64,000 nucleotides of DNA, taken from positions 2,656,666 through 2,720,665 of the forward strand of contig OZ240666.1 of assembly GCA_965198675.1 (NCBI GenBank), given 5' to 3'. Below are positions 1 through 9,555 of this stretch, piece by piece. Below the pieces are notes generated by a model. The model did no database searches. It had not been told where the DNA came from and saw nothing but the letters and a program-made list of their open reading frames with translations. A program made the position numbers and the translations under genes. The DNA is from Prochloron sp. GTDB taxonomy: Bacteria > Cyanobacteriota > Cyanobacteriia > Cyanobacteriales > Prochloraceae. Position 1 is the stretch's first letter. Every line of letters starts with the position of its first letter.

Positions 1-70
1 TCTAATTGCCTACTCTACGAACTGAATTGGGAAATTACGCACAACGTTGGCGCGCCGCAAATCTGTTGGT

Positions 71-278
71 CTATTGATTCAGCAACTTAAGGAAGTCTTC
101 TCTGCTCAGCTCGGTATCCCTTAATATTTTTCGTAACAGTCCTCTTCCCAGATTACGGCTTGAATGTATAGGGATAGAGACCGCTCTGCCATCAGGATGT
201 TTCATGCGCACATGACTTGCCCTTTGACGAGTGGTCTCAAAGCCAATTTTTGTAAGGACAGCAAGGTAGTCTAGGCAT
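71..278 (-). pseudogene. hicA-family toxin remnant, N-terminal region frameshifted/deleted
   Basis: The ATG at 278-276 overlaps the hicB stop (TAATG). That frame gives MPRLPCCPYKNWL*. A second frame gives ..LAVLTKIGFETTRQRASHVRMKHPDGRAVSIPIHSSRNLGRGLLRKILRDTELSREDFLKLLNQ*, the HicA core, with stop at 73-71. The span is 208 nt, not a multiple of 3. About 8 codons are missing relative to the intact copy at 8807-9034. Confidence 0.6.
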
Positions 279-496
279 TAAATAGTTACCTTTTGAACGC
301 CAACAAACTCCAAAGTCTCCTCTACCTCTTCCTCTTCTAGGCACATCTCAATTACTTCTCTAATATTATGATTAAGTTCATCAAGAGTGCGATCTTGACT
401 ATAGCAAGCTTTCAGTTGAGGAACTTCTCCAACAAAGAATCCATCCTCATCCCGCTCAACAATCATGTAGAATTCACGCTTTAACATAGTTGACAA
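278..496 (-). CDS. HicB-family antitoxin (UPF0150-like)
   Basis: 72-aa ORF. The segment FYMIVERDEDGFFVGEVPQLKACYSQDRTLDELNHNIREVIEMCLE matches the typical HicB N-terminal fold pattern. It sits immediately upstream of a hicA remnant. Confidence 0.7.
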   Translation of the reverse strand: MSTMLKREFYMIVERDEDGFFVGEVPQLKACYSQDRTLDELNHNIREVIEMCLEEEEVEETLEFVGVQKVTI

Positions 497-727
497 GGAT
501 AATTTGCAGTAAAATCATTATATCATTTAACCGCAGAGACGCAGAGGGCGCAGAGGAAAGAGAAGAGAGAAAAAAAGATGGTGTTCAGATAATAGGTACC
601 TAAAAAGTGTATCTGCGCGCGCAGAGGCGCTCCGGCACTCTGGATTGATAAACAAGCGTTAAAGCTGCATTCGTTTTAGCTAAATCCTCTCTGCGCCTCT
701 AGGGCTGCTGTGAGCTTCATTTGCAAT

Positions 728-2017
728 TTACCCAGAGTATAAAAATACATTATCCCAAACATAATCGATGACGGTTTTCGCCTCATCCAGGCATAATACT
801 TCACAATTACTCTCATTATCGTAACTCAGCAATGATAGTTCCTGCTCCCCCACTTTACCTCGGATTGTTTCCAAACTATTCAGGGTTCCATGGATATCAA
901 AATCTATGGTTGTACCAAATTTATCCTCTATCCATTTTTCTATCCGTTTATCTAACTCTGCTGGGGTGAGGGAAACTTCGCTGGTTAAGAGATGATAATA
1001 TACTAAGATAATTTCTTTGCATTCTTCCTTTTCTGCACTATCGATTAAAGACTTAAATACCCCGGCATTAGTAGCTAGGAGGCCATAAAAAAGATTTTCG
1101 GTCACATTTTTGTGAAATTTGATTTGCTTGTCTTGATATCTGCTATACTGCTGAAAAGCCAACCCAGCTAATGTTAAGATTAAAGATAACACAGCCACTA
1201 GCAAAGCCATGACATTATCTACATCTTCTTGCCTTACTTGCTCCAAAGCTTCAATGTTCAAGCCCATGACATAGAAAATAACACTAATCACCAGCAGCAA
1301 TCTTGGTAACACTCTAAATAGGATGGAAAAAGCAGCTACTAATGCAGGGATACCAAAGAGAAGGCGGTCTTTCTTCGTCATGCTAATCTTAATGTTCGGG
1401 AAGAGAAACTCTAGGTCAAGTTTCGGAATATCTTTATAAAGATAAAGATAAATATGACTAGAAGTAAATTTTTCCATCTGCTTTATTTTCTTAGCTGTTA
1501 AAGCAGCAGCTTTCTTGAATTTAATCAATAAAGCTACTCGTTCAAAGAACTGGACAGTCTGCTGCTCTTTCCAGAAAAACAATTTCTTCCTGGTAGTAAC
1601 TTGATCCATCTCCCCTCGACAGTAACAAACAATTTGGTCGAAATCATTTAAATCAACCCTAGTCTCTAATTCCAGCAAGGATTTTTCCCGCAATGCTCTT
1701 TGCAAGCTAGATTTAGATATGGGGAAATAATTAGCTCTTACTAATAGCTCTTCAAAAGCAGCTACCAGTTGAACTTTCATTGGTAGCAGTTCCTCAGGAG
1801 AAGGTTTAATGGTAATATTACCATCAGGATCAAAAGGAGCGTAGTTAGATTTTAAACTCTCTAGATGTTCATGGAACTGAAAGTGGTAATAAGCTGCGAG
1901 TATAGTGCAAAAATCTCGAAACTTTTGCCCCTGAGAAGTAGTTAAACTACCGTCTTGGAGGCAAAATTCGATGATTTCTTCACGACTATAGGGGATAAAT
2001 GGTTCCTTTTTCTTCAT
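728..2017 (-). CDS. conserved membrane protein, DUF3754/TMEM143-like
   Basis: 429-aa ORF with a soluble N-terminal half followed by hydrophobic helices (LFGIPALVAAFSILFRVL, LLLVISVIFYVMGL, LLVAVLSLILTLAGLAF). The family name is from memory. Its start shares 1 nt with the stop of the upstream gene (TGATG at 2019-2015). Confidence 0.5.
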   Translation of the reverse strand: MKKKEPFIPYSREEIIEFCLQDGSLTTSQGQKFRDFCTILAAYYHFQFHEHLESLKSNYAPFDPDGNITIKPSPEELLPMKVQLVAAFEELLVRANYFPISKSSLQRALREKSLLELETRVDLNDFDQIVCYCRGEMDQVTTRKKLFFWKEQQTVQFFERVALLIKFKKAAALTAKKIKQMEKFTSSHIYLYLYKDIPKLDLEFLFPNIKISMTKKDRLLFGIPALVAAFSILFRVLPRLLLVISVIFYVMGLNIEALEQVRQEDVDNVMALLVAVLSLILTLAGLAFQQYSRYQDKQIKFHKNVTENLFYGLLATNAGVFKSLIDSAEKEECKEIILVYYHLLTSEVSLTPAELDKRIEKWIEDKFGTTIDFDIHGTLNSLETIRGKVGEQELSLLSYDNESNCEVLCLDEAKTVIDYVWDNVFLYSG

Positions 2018-3294
2018 CAGTTATCAGTTTCCAACATTTTTGCCCTCAAACAATTAGCAATGCGAGCAGCAGCTCCCGCTCCACCCATTCTTCGCCTTCC
2101 ATTAGCAGCAATTAACTCCACAGCTGCTGTATCCTTAAGGGTAGATTGAATGACACCAGCCACTTCATCTGGGTGGGTCACTAAAATGAGAGACGGTCCC
2201 AAAAGACGAGTTTGTGCTTCCGCAAAAGCGGGGGTAAATTGAGGTCCATTGCCGGGAATGGCGATCGCCAGTTTCCCCAAACCAACAAATTGCTCTGTGG
2301 CAGTTCCAGCCATGGCTATTGCTAAGTCAGCGGTTTGCAAACAATCTGAGTATACACTAGTGGTAACAAGCAGAATAGCATTATTCTGGGTAAATACTAA
2401 ACCATCCTTAGGCATTAAGGGAAGGGGTTGGGGTTTTTTCGGTTCCAATTCCCAGCCGGTGGTGAGCAAATGGCTGGTAAAAGGTTCCAGACTCAAACCG
2501 GGAGCGATCGCCGCTAAAAACAAAACTTCTTTAAAAGCAGCAATAACTCCCCTTGTGGCTCTAATTATCTTCTTCCAGTTATCTTCAGCTTCCGATGTCC
2601 GACTACCCGGTAGGAGCAGGATTTTGAGCCTTTTCCATCCCTCACTGTCCTTATTTACCCTATCCCCTGGAGCCAAACCATCCATCATGGGATTGCCCAA
2701 ATCGAAAGCCGGAATCCCTCGCTGCTGTAATATTTCTGTGGTCAGCTTATCTCTGGGGAAAACAGCCTTGCAGCGGTTCTGACTCATCAACCAACGCTCC
2801 CAAGGCAGGTACACAGAACCCAGAGCAGGCTCTAGCCTAGTAGTTGTGGGCAACCATCCCTCTTCATCTCGCCAATAATATTCCGATTTCGCCGTGGCCA
2901 CAAAAGCATAATCAGCCCTGGTGAGGGATGCAAATAATAAGGGTACTATATCTCCCACTGCCAGAATCGCCCCTTGTTGGTTGCGGCTCCAATGTAGCAC
3001 TGCCCGTAATTGAGCTAAAGTCAGCCTTATTAAACCCCCCTGCAAATCTCGCCATAACTGTCCCCCGTCCATATAAATAAAGCCCCCTGAAGGCATTTGC
3101 TGCACTGGGCCAATGATAGGAATGTTCAAATGACTATAGGCTCGCCCTTCTCCCACTATGGGCAATGCTGCCAGTTCTGGTGCATAGGGCTGTTGCAACA
3201 ACTGCTCCAAAATTCGCGCGGCAATTACATCTTCTCCATGACCGTTGCTGAGACACAATAGTTTCCCCCTCGACCTGATATTAGGTGGTATCAT
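2017..3294 (-). CDS. lipid-A-disaccharide synthase-related protein (cyanobacterial LpxB-like glycosyltransferase)
   Basis: 425-aa ORF. The N-terminus LLCLSNGHGEDVIAARILEQL and overall GT-B-like layout are typical of the cyanobacterial LpxB-related family. It is translationally coupled to the downstream DUF3754-like gene. Confidence 0.55.
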   Translation of the reverse strand: MIPPNIRSRGKLLCLSNGHGEDVIAARILEQLLQQPYAPELAALPIVGEGRAYSHLNIPIIGPVQQMPSGGFIYMDGGQLWRDLQGGLIRLTLAQLRAVLHWSRNQQGAILAVGDIVPLLFASLTRADYAFVATAKSEYYWRDEEGWLPTTTRLEPALGSVYLPWERWLMSQNRCKAVFPRDKLTTEILQQRGIPAFDLGNPMMDGLAPGDRVNKDSEGWKRLKILLLPGSRTSEAEDNWKKIIRATRGVIAAFKEVLFLAAIAPGLSLEPFTSHLLTTGWELEPKKPQPLPLMPKDGLVFTQNNAILLVTTSVYSDCLQTADLAIAMAGTATEQFVGLGKLAIAIPGNGPQFTPAFAEAQTRLLGPSLILVTHPDEVAGVIQSTLKDTAAVELIAANGRRRMGGAGAAARIANCLRAKMLETDN

Positions 3295-3306
3295 CTCTTG
3301 AAAAGA

Positions 3307-3594
3307 ATGATTACATTGGTTGTTATTTTTAATCTACTCATAACCCTAGTCAATTTGTTTTTCGCTTGGCGCATTTGGCAATTGGGGCGTTGGTTGGCTA
3401 ATCTAGCAGACACATTAACTAAAGTGGAGCGCAGCACTCATTCGGTGCTTTGTTTCGCTCCGGAAGTTATTCTCAAAGCAGAGAGAGGTGCGGGTCATCT
3501 CAGGGGGTACTATCGCCGAGCTTACGTACAAATGCAAAGAGGAAAGCAAGTTTTAACTCTTTTTAATCTAGGAATGAAAATAGTGAGGGGGTAA
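3307..3594 (+). CDS. small membrane protein, unknown function
   Basis: ORF with one N-terminal hydrophobic helix (ITLVVIFNLLITLVNLFFAW). It lies co-directionally upstream of the YtxH and DUF948-like genes. Confidence 0.35.
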   Translation: MITLVVIFNLLITLVNLFFAWRIWQLGRWLANLADTLTKVERSTHSVLCFAPEVILKAERGAGHLRGYYRRAYVQMQRGKQVLTLFNLGMKIVRG

Positions 3595-3694
3595 CAAATC
3601 AATATTCATCTGCTCCCGCCAAAGGCGGTTGCTTGCGCTTTGCTTGCGCTTTGCTTCGCAAACATCAGCGTTTATCTGCGGTTCAACAAAAAAA

Positions 3695-4039
3695 ATGTCC
3701 AAAACAAACAAAAAAGCTATATGGGGCGGAATATTTCTCGGAAGTGCTGTAGGTACCATAATTGGTATGTTAATTACCCCTCGTTCCGGTGGAGAAACGC
3801 GACAGGTGCTGAAAAAATCCGCTCGCGCCCTACCAGAGTTGGGATCTGACTTATCAAAAGGCGTCCAGTTGCAAGCAGCTCATCTCTCAGAATCAACACT
3901 GCGTAACTGGGAAGGCACCCTAACGCGACTGAAAGAAGCCATCGCCGCCGGAATTGAAGCCAGCAAGAAGAGTGCCCGTGAAATAAATCAGAGTTACGAG
4001 AAAATGACCGATGATTCTGATTCTACCAACAATAATTGA
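3695..4039 (+). CDS. YtxH domain-containing protein
   Basis: MSKTNKKAIWGGIFLGSAVGTIIGMLITPRSGGETRQVLKKSA.. is the classic YtxH N-terminal helix plus the PxSGxETR motif. I chose the start at the in-frame ATG at 3695. Confidence 0.7.
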   Translation: MSKTNKKAIWGGIFLGSAVGTIIGMLITPRSGGETRQVLKKSARALPELGSDLSKGVQLQAAHLSESTLRNWEGTLTRLKEAIAAGIEASKKSAREINQSYEKMTDDSDSTNNN

Positions 4040-4046
4040 TAAAAGA

Positions 4047-4478
4047 ATGGGAAGCGCCATCGATCCTCTATTTTGGCTGGGACTATCAATTCTGCTGGTG
4101 GCAGTAAGCTTGACAGCTGTCTTAATTGCCGCCCTACCTGCTTTCCACGAATTAGCCCGAGCTGCTCGCAGTGCGGAAAAATTGTTCGATACTCTCCAGC
4201 GGGAGTTTCCCCCTACTCTGGAAGCAATTCGTCTGACTGGTATGGAAATTAACGAACTGACTGAGGATCTCAATGAGGGGGTGAAGAGTGCCACGGGAGC
4301 AATTGAACAAGTGGATCGCTCCCTGAGCAGTGCCAGACAACAGGTGAAAAAGGTTCAAGTTGGCACCAAAAGCTTAGCCGCTGGAGTAAAAGCAGCTTGG
4401 CAAACGTGGAAACGTCCTGCAAGCAAAAATCGCTCCTTACGGCGTTTTCCCCTGAGAAAATCCTATGAAGAAAAATAG
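4047..4478 (+). CDS. DUF948-like membrane-anchored coiled-coil protein
   Basis: MGSAIDPLFWLGLSILLVAVSLTAVLIAALPAFHELARAARSAEKLFDTLQRE.. shows an N-terminal TM helix followed by a helical region, as in DUF948 proteins. It follows the YtxH gene. Confidence 0.55.
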   Translation: MGSAIDPLFWLGLSILLVAVSLTAVLIAALPAFHELARAARSAEKLFDTLQREFPPTLEAIRLTGMEINELTEDLNEGVKSATGAIEQVDRSLSSARQQVKKVQVGTKSLAAGVKAAWQTWKRPASKNRSLRRFPLRKSYEEK

Positions 4479-4571
4479 CTATTTGGCTTGAATTATTGTA
4501 AAATGTAAACAATTGTAAACCAATCTCATAATTTTCCAAGTTTTTAGTTGAATTTTTTAGTTAGAGTCATC

Positions 4572-5372
4572 ATGCAGAATCGCTTTCAGCAACGACTCCT
4601 GGGAACCTTAGTAGCCTGTTGGATCGCTTTATTACCGTGGCACTGCCCAGCAGCCTTGGCTTTTGACAACCCAGAGTTATTGCCCGACATTCAAACCCCA
4701 GTAATCGATCTAGCCAATTTCTTGCCGGAGTTACAAGAAGATAACTTAATCAAAGAAATAGAAAGCTTTGAGCAAGATACGGGGTGGAAGTTGCGAGTGC
4801 TGACTCAATATGATCGCACTCCCGGGAGAGCAGTGAAAGGTTATTGGGGTTTGGACGATCGCAGCGTACTGCTGGTAGCAGACGGTAGAGGAGGAAATCT
4901 GCTAGCATTTAATGTAGGAGACGACTTATATCAATTTTTGCCTCGTACTTTTTGGGTGGAGTTACAAACTCGCTTCGGCAATCTCTACTTTGTCCGGGAA
5001 AATGGGGAAAATAACTCCATTGCTCGCTCTCTAGAGACAGTGAAAAATTGTCTGCTTCAGGAAGGGTGTGGTGTCGTACCAGGACTCCCGCGAGAACAGT
5101 GGATTCTTACTCTGATCACTTCCACCGTGGGAGGTGTTATTCTCGGAGTGGCTGCTGCTCCCCGAAAGGAAGGGCAAATTGTTGCTTGGCAGTGGGCTTT
5201 AATTATGTCCCCTCTGTGGGGAATTTTATTTATCGCTTTTGGTATCGGACCTGTTATCACTCGTACTTCAGACATACTACCTCTTTTCCGCAATATCATC
5301 GGCTTTGCCCTTGGTGCTTTAGTAGCATATCTATCCCCCTTGTTCAACCAGTCATCAACATTATCTAAATAA
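4572..5372 (+). CDS. TPM domain-containing membrane protein (Psb32/TLP18.3-like)
   Basis: It has a signal-like N-terminus and a TPM-type core (VIDLANFL..., GWKLRVLTQYDRTPG, LLVADGRGGNLLAFNVG). The C-terminal hydrophobic helices include LTLITSTVGGVILGVAA and LIMSPLWGILFIAFGIGPV. Confidence 0.55.
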   Translation: MQNRFQQRLLGTLVACWIALLPWHCPAALAFDNPELLPDIQTPVIDLANFLPELQEDNLIKEIESFEQDTGWKLRVLTQYDRTPGRAVKGYWGLDDRSVLLVADGRGGNLLAFNVGDDLYQFLPRTFWVELQTRFGNLYFVRENGENNSIARSLETVKNCLLQEGCGVVPGLPREQWILTLITSTVGGVILGVAAAPRKEGQIVAWQWALIMSPLWGILFIAFGIGPVITRTSDILPLFRNIIGFALGALVAYLSPLFNQSSTLSK

Positions 5373-5468
5373 ATTTATGTAATTTAATTACAGCTGTATA
5401 TACTTTGGTTAAGCAAAAAAAACTTTTTAAGTACTAACTGGTAACTGATAGCTGGTAACTGGTAACTG

Positions 5469-6104
5469 CTATAGTCGATTGCTAACTTGGTCAAAAATAT
5501 CCCGCCGCAGATAAGGATATTGTCCGATCCAAAGATTATGAGCAGGGATATAGGCATCCGTAATTTTGTCTACCCGATTCAAATCTGATTTTCTCGACAA
5601 AATTAATAACTCGGCAATTTGCCCAGGGGCAATTACTTTGTGAATGCGACGTAGAGGTGCTTGCACTTGGGCGGTGAATCCCGTTTTATCTCCCAGAACC
5701 AGATTAATCCATCGCTCTCGATTTTCGATAATTACTAATTCCCCCCGTTGGTTGACAGTTTTTTCTTTGCCAATTAATTCTTCTGTGAGAAAAACATCCA
5801 GCACTCTACCGCGCCAAAAACCGCTGTAAGCAAACTTGCGGCAAGTAGCATTGCGCCTACTCGCCCAGAAAACAGGTGCCCAAAGCCAGTAAAGTCCGAC
5901 GCTCGTCCCCAAGATTAATTTTAGTTCATTGGAACCCCCAGCTATAAGCTGCACCAATAATAAAACCGATACTAGGGCGACTACGGAAATTAACAGCCGC
6001 CTTAAGACATCTTTCGGTTTGCCCCAATAATAAGCGTATTGAGGACCAGTAGCAATTAAAGGAATTATTTGCTCGAATTTCGCTCGGGTGAGGGGAATTA
6101 ACAT
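5469..6104 (-). CDS. conserved cyanobacterial membrane protein, unknown function
   Basis: ORF with the probable start at MLIPLTRAKFEQIIPLIATGPQYAYYWGKP, followed by two TM helices and a soluble C-terminal domain. The 11-codon extension to 6137 runs into a GCAGAGGCGC-type repeat. Confidence 0.5.
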   Translation of the reverse strand: MLIPLTRAKFEQIIPLIATGPQYAYYWGKPKDVLRRLLISVVALVSVLLLVQLIAGGSNELKLILGTSVGLYWLWAPVFWASRRNATCRKFAYSGFWRGRVLDVFLTEELIGKEKTVNQRGELVIIENRERWINLVLGDKTGFTAQVQAPLRRIHKVIAPGQIAELLILSRKSDLNRVDKITDAYIPAHNLWIGQYPYLRRDIFDQVSNRL

Positions 6105-6467
6105 CGGTTTATTAGATAAAATCACGCAGAGGCGCAAAGACGCGGAGAGACGGTATCCAATGCTTTGGTAAATTCTCCGGGGGCAAAGTCCCCACTACTA
6201 GGACGTCTTTCTCGGTTATATCTTTCCTTACCTGTTTTCCTATCTATTTCCTCAAAACTTGTTGAGCGTTAACCTTCATAGAACCCTCCCTTTTCTCTTA
6301 CTCTGTGTCCTCTGCGTCTCTGCGGTTTATTATACCGGATGCGGGTTCGCCCTACACCTGGTTTGGTGGGCAATAGCAATTGACGATCTTAATTAGGGTA
6401 CTAAACGTTGAGCTGGTAACTGCTATAATATCACACAGAGGCGCAAAGGCGCAGAGAAGAGGAAACT

Positions 6468-7157
6468 ATGGAAGTCCAACTCAAACAAATAATTGTTCCC
6501 CCGGGTCAGCAACTCCTCATGACCGATGTCAGTTGGCCGATGTACGAACAACTACTTCTTGAGTTCGGGGAAAAACGGGGTTCGCGGATTAATTACAGTG
6601 GAGGAGTCTTAGAAATCATGGTACCCTTACCGGAACATGAAGATGATAAAGTGATAATTGCTGACTTGGTGAAAGTCCTCCTGGAAGAACTTGACATTGA
6701 ATTTAGGAGCTTGGGTTCAACAACCTTTAAAAGCGAAACCATGAAACAAGGGTTAGAAGCAGATGACTGTTTCTATATCGAAAACGAAGCAGCTATTCGG
6801 GGGAAAAAGCGCATTGATTTAACTGTAGACCCGCCGCCGGATTTAGCCCTGGAAATTGACATTACTTCCCGAACTCAGTTCGATAACTACGAAGCATTAG
6901 GGGTAGGGGAACTGTGGCGATTTAATGGTAAGATTTTAGAAATTAACCTGCTGCAAGAAGGTCAATATGTCCAGGGGAACGAAAGCCCTCATTTTCCAGG
7001 CTTTCCCCTGGGTGATGTCATACCCGAGTATCTAGAACAGAGTAAAATGGAGGGGCGAAATAAAACAATGAAAGCCTTTCGCGCTTGGGTTAAAGAGCGG
7101 AAAGGAAAGAGAAATAAATGGAAAGAAGTGGGAAAAAAAGCATCATGGAATCTGTAG
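6468..7157 (+). CDS. Uma2 family endonuclease (DUF820)
   Basis: The motifs LEIMVPLPEHEDDK, PDLALEIDITS and GVGELWRF match the PD-(D/E)XK Uma2 pattern. Confidence 0.75.
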   Translation: MEVQLKQIIVPPGQQLLMTDVSWPMYEQLLLEFGEKRGSRINYSGGVLEIMVPLPEHEDDKVIIADLVKVLLEELDIEFRSLGSTTFKSETMKQGLEADDCFYIENEAAIRGKKRIDLTVDPPPDLALEIDITSRTQFDNYEALGVGELWRFNGKILEINLLQEGQYVQGNESPHFPGFPLGDVIPEYLEQSKMEGRNKTMKAFRAWVKERKGKRNKWKEVGKKASWNL

Positions 7158-7609
7158 CAACGACCCCCCTAGCAGAATTTCTCTCTGAACCCAACATTGA
7201 AGCCTCCCCCCCATGGGAGTTTCTTAACGGACGCCCACTGCAAAAACCTATGACTCCCCTTTTTCACTCCAGGCTACAGCGCCACTTGGTTAACTATATC
7301 AATTATCATACCGAAGGATTTGAAGCGGTACAAGAACTGCGCTGTGTGGTTCCTCCCTACTCGCCGGTTCCCGATATTTCTGTTGTTGCCCTCTCTCGTC
7401 TTTCCCATGAGGATGGCCCCCTAGAGGGTACACCGGACTGGTTAATTGAAATTCTCTCCCCCGACCAAAGCACTCTAAACTTACAAAATAAAATTCTTCA
7501 CTGTCTGAGTAACGGAACCCAACTTGCTTGGTTAATAGATATGACTCGTCAGCAGGTTTGGGTGTGGCAAGGAACTGAAATTCTGACTGGGTTGTTGAGT
7601 TTTCCATAG
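7145..7609 (+). CDS. Uma2 family endonuclease, C-terminally short
   Basis: The motifs PPWEFLNGRPLQKPM, PDISVV, PDWLIEILSPDQS and QLAWLID match the Uma2 pattern. The protein ends about 25-30 aa earlier than usual, and its last 67 nt overlap the convergent hicA remnant. Confidence 0.6.
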   Translation: MESVATTPLAEFLSEPNIEASPPWEFLNGRPLQKPMTPLFHSRLQRHLVNYINYHTEGFEAVQELRCVVPPYSPVPDISVVALSRLSHEDGPLEGTPDWLIEILSPDQSTLNLQNKILHCLSNGTQLAWLIDMTRQQVWVWQGTEILTGLLSFP

Positions 7610-7695
7610 ATGTGATGACTGCCTTTGATTCGTAGACATTTCCAGCCATTTCGTTCTCGTACTTTAGCAAAGGCTTTTCCTGAAATGGACTTCAT
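7543..7695 (-). pseudogene. hicA-family toxin, C-terminally truncated (50 codons)
   Basis: My hand translation is MKSISGKAFAKVRERNGWKCLRIKGSHHIYGKLNNPVRISVPCHTQTC*. The HicA core (GSHH..., RISVP.H) is present, but the usual C-terminal roughly 20 aa are absent. The start overlaps the hicB stop (ATGA). Confidence 0.55.
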
Positions 7696-7892
7696 ACAAC
7701 AATCGACCATACCTGTGAAGATTCATCAAGTCCTAGATTTTCCTCCTCCACGAGTAAACAACCTTCTACCGCTTCATACAGATTTTGCAGTAGTTCTTCA
7801 AAGGTGTCACCCAGAGTCACACAACCTGGGATAGCTGGTACTTCTGCCCAGTAGCCATCATCTTCTTTATGGACAATTACGTTGACTTTCAC
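7692..7892 (-). CDS. HicB-family antitoxin
   Basis: MKVNVIVHKEDDGYWAEVPAIPGCVTLGDTFEELLQNLYEAVEGCL is the typical HicB/UPF0150 pattern. Confidence 0.7.
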   Translation of the reverse strand: MKVNVIVHKEDDGYWAEVPAIPGCVTLGDTFEELLQNLYEAVEGCLLVEEENLGLDESSQVWSIVV

Positions 7893-7975
7893 AATGGAAC
7901 AACTCCTTATATATCTGGGTTTATTTTAACAAAAACATTGGTAGGGTGGGGCGTACAGGTAATTTTTCCTTTGGT

Positions 7976-8755
7976 ATGAATAGCTATATTGAACTAGATA
8001 CAATTGATTTGGCCTTAGCTTTGGGCATTATGGGCATAGCGATCGCCCTTTCAAGCTGGCAGAAATTGGCAATATCAGGACAGCTACTTTTTGCTACTGG
8101 GCGATCGCTCCTTCAATTAATGATTGTGGGTTATATTCTGGAGTTTGTCTTTGCTTTAGATAATTCCTGGGGGGTGCTGGCTATCCTCCTGATAATGCTA
8201 ACTATAGCAGCTATAGTGGCGCGCAATCGCATTGGCAAGAAGATTAGGGGTTTATTCCCTGTAGTCTGGGGTTCCCTTTTCGCCAGCGCTGCCCTGACTT
8301 TAAGCTATACTATCGTTCTCATCATTCAACCTCCCCATTGGTACGAACCCCAGTATTTAATTCCTTTAGCGGGAATGATTCTTGGGAATGGACTCAATAG
8401 TGCTTCTCTGTCTGGGGAACGTCTTGTGAGTAGAATAAAAAGCAGTTCCTTGGAAATTGAGACTCATCTCTCTTTAGGAGCAACACCGAAACAAGCGATC
8501 GCAGCTTATCGTACTGAAGCAATTTCCACGGGATTAATTCCCACAATTAACAGTATGATGGTAGTGGGTATGGTCAGTTTACCGGGGATGTTTACCGGAC
8601 AGGTATTAGCTGGCAGCGAACCCCTCAATGCAGCATCTTACCAGATTTTAATTTTGTTTGCGATCGCTTTGACTAATTTAACCACCACCTTGCTAGTTAC
8701 TGAAGGGGTTTATCGACGGTTTTTTAATCAGGATAGTCAGTTGATATTATTTTAA
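7976..8755 (+). CDS. fetB: ABC-type iron export permease FetB/YbbM family (UPF0014)
   Basis: Polytopic membrane ORF with IPLAGMILGNGLNSASLSGERL and GLIPTINSMMVVGMVSLPGMFTGQ, which are characteristic of the YbbM/FetB family. Confidence 0.65.
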   Translation: MNSYIELDTIDLALALGIMGIAIALSSWQKLAISGQLLFATGRSLLQLMIVGYILEFVFALDNSWGVLAILLIMLTIAAIVARNRIGKKIRGLFPVVWGSLFASAALTLSYTIVLIIQPPHWYEPQYLIPLAGMILGNGLNSASLSGERLVSRIKSSSLEIETHLSLGATPKQAIAAYRTEAISTGLIPTINSMMVVGMVSLPGMFTGQVLAGSEPLNAASYQILILFAIALTNLTTTLLVTEGVYRRFFNQDSQLILF

Positions 8756-8806
8756 AGAATAGGTCATATATCCCAGTAAAATCTGTAACTATGGGAGCGC
8801 GAAGGG

Positions 8807-9034
8807 CTATAGGTTCTCGATAAACTCTTCAGGGGTAACTTGTGCAAGCTTTAGAATACCTCTCAATGTACCGACCTTCAGTTCCTGATGTATCGGGACA
8901 ACACAGCCAATTTCGGCGAACTCAGTTACTTTCTTCATCACAACATGACTCCCTTTTTTGCGAACCTGATGGAAACCTAATCGCTCAAGTGTACGGATTG
9001 CCTTTCTGCTTGAGATTCGTGGCAATCTAGGCAT
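8807..9034 (-). CDS. hicA: HicA-family toxin (intact)
   Basis: MPRLPRISSRKAIRTLERLGFHQVRKKGSHVVMKK...VPIHQELKVGTLRGILKLAQVTPEEF. The full-length HicA pattern is present. It overlaps the hicB stop by 8 nt. Confidence 0.75.
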   Translation of the reverse strand: MPRLPRISSRKAIRTLERLGFHQVRKKGSHVVMKKVTEFAEIGCVVPIHQELKVGTLRGILKLAQVTPEEFIENL

Positions 9035-9236
9035 AGTTAACCTCAATGTTAGTCACAAATCTAGGAGATGTTTCAGGTAGAGGGAACTCCTCCAAGTAAA
9101 GCTTGGTTGCCTCTCTTAGACCTGCGATCGCCTCCTCAATTGTCTCCCCTTGATCTACTGTGCCAACTTCTGGACATTCAGCTATGTACATATCTTCTTC
9201 CTTGTGGAGGATAGCCGTAAAATAACGAGTTGCCAT
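9027..9236 (-). CDS. hicB: HicB-family antitoxin
   Basis: MATRYFTAILHKEEDMYIAECPEVGTVDQGETIEEAIAGLREATKLYLEEF. The start is taken at the internal Met of the 9027-9293 ORF. Confidence 0.7.
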   Translation of the reverse strand: MATRYFTAILHKEEDMYIAECPEVGTVDQGETIEEAIAGLREATKLYLEEFPLPETSPRFVTNIEVNYA

Positions 9237-9555
9237 GATAAAGCGTTGTGTGTTGATATACAGTGTCATCTCTACAATACCAAGAGAAGACACTGATGAG
9301 TAAATGAGGTTTTATGAGAGTTTTAGATAACTCCGAAGAGATCGCCACCCACAATCGAAAGCTTTTCAACCATTCCCGGCAAAATACCTGCTTTATGGAC
9401 TCTTCCCCAGGCATCTGTTGTAGTTTAGCTGCAATTAAGATATTCAGGGGATGCAACTCAAGATCCATTGTCTTAATAGACTTGTGATTTATTTTCCTTA
9501 AATACCTTACTTATTAAATGCATATTAAAGTTAGTATTAAAGCTCAAACCAAGTG

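Noticed and set aside
9178-9468. 96-aa ORF overlapping hicB at 9027-9236
   Set aside because: Its 3' part overlaps hicB in a different frame on the same strand. The 5' part (9290-9468) shows no recognisable motif or start context, so I left it unannotated.
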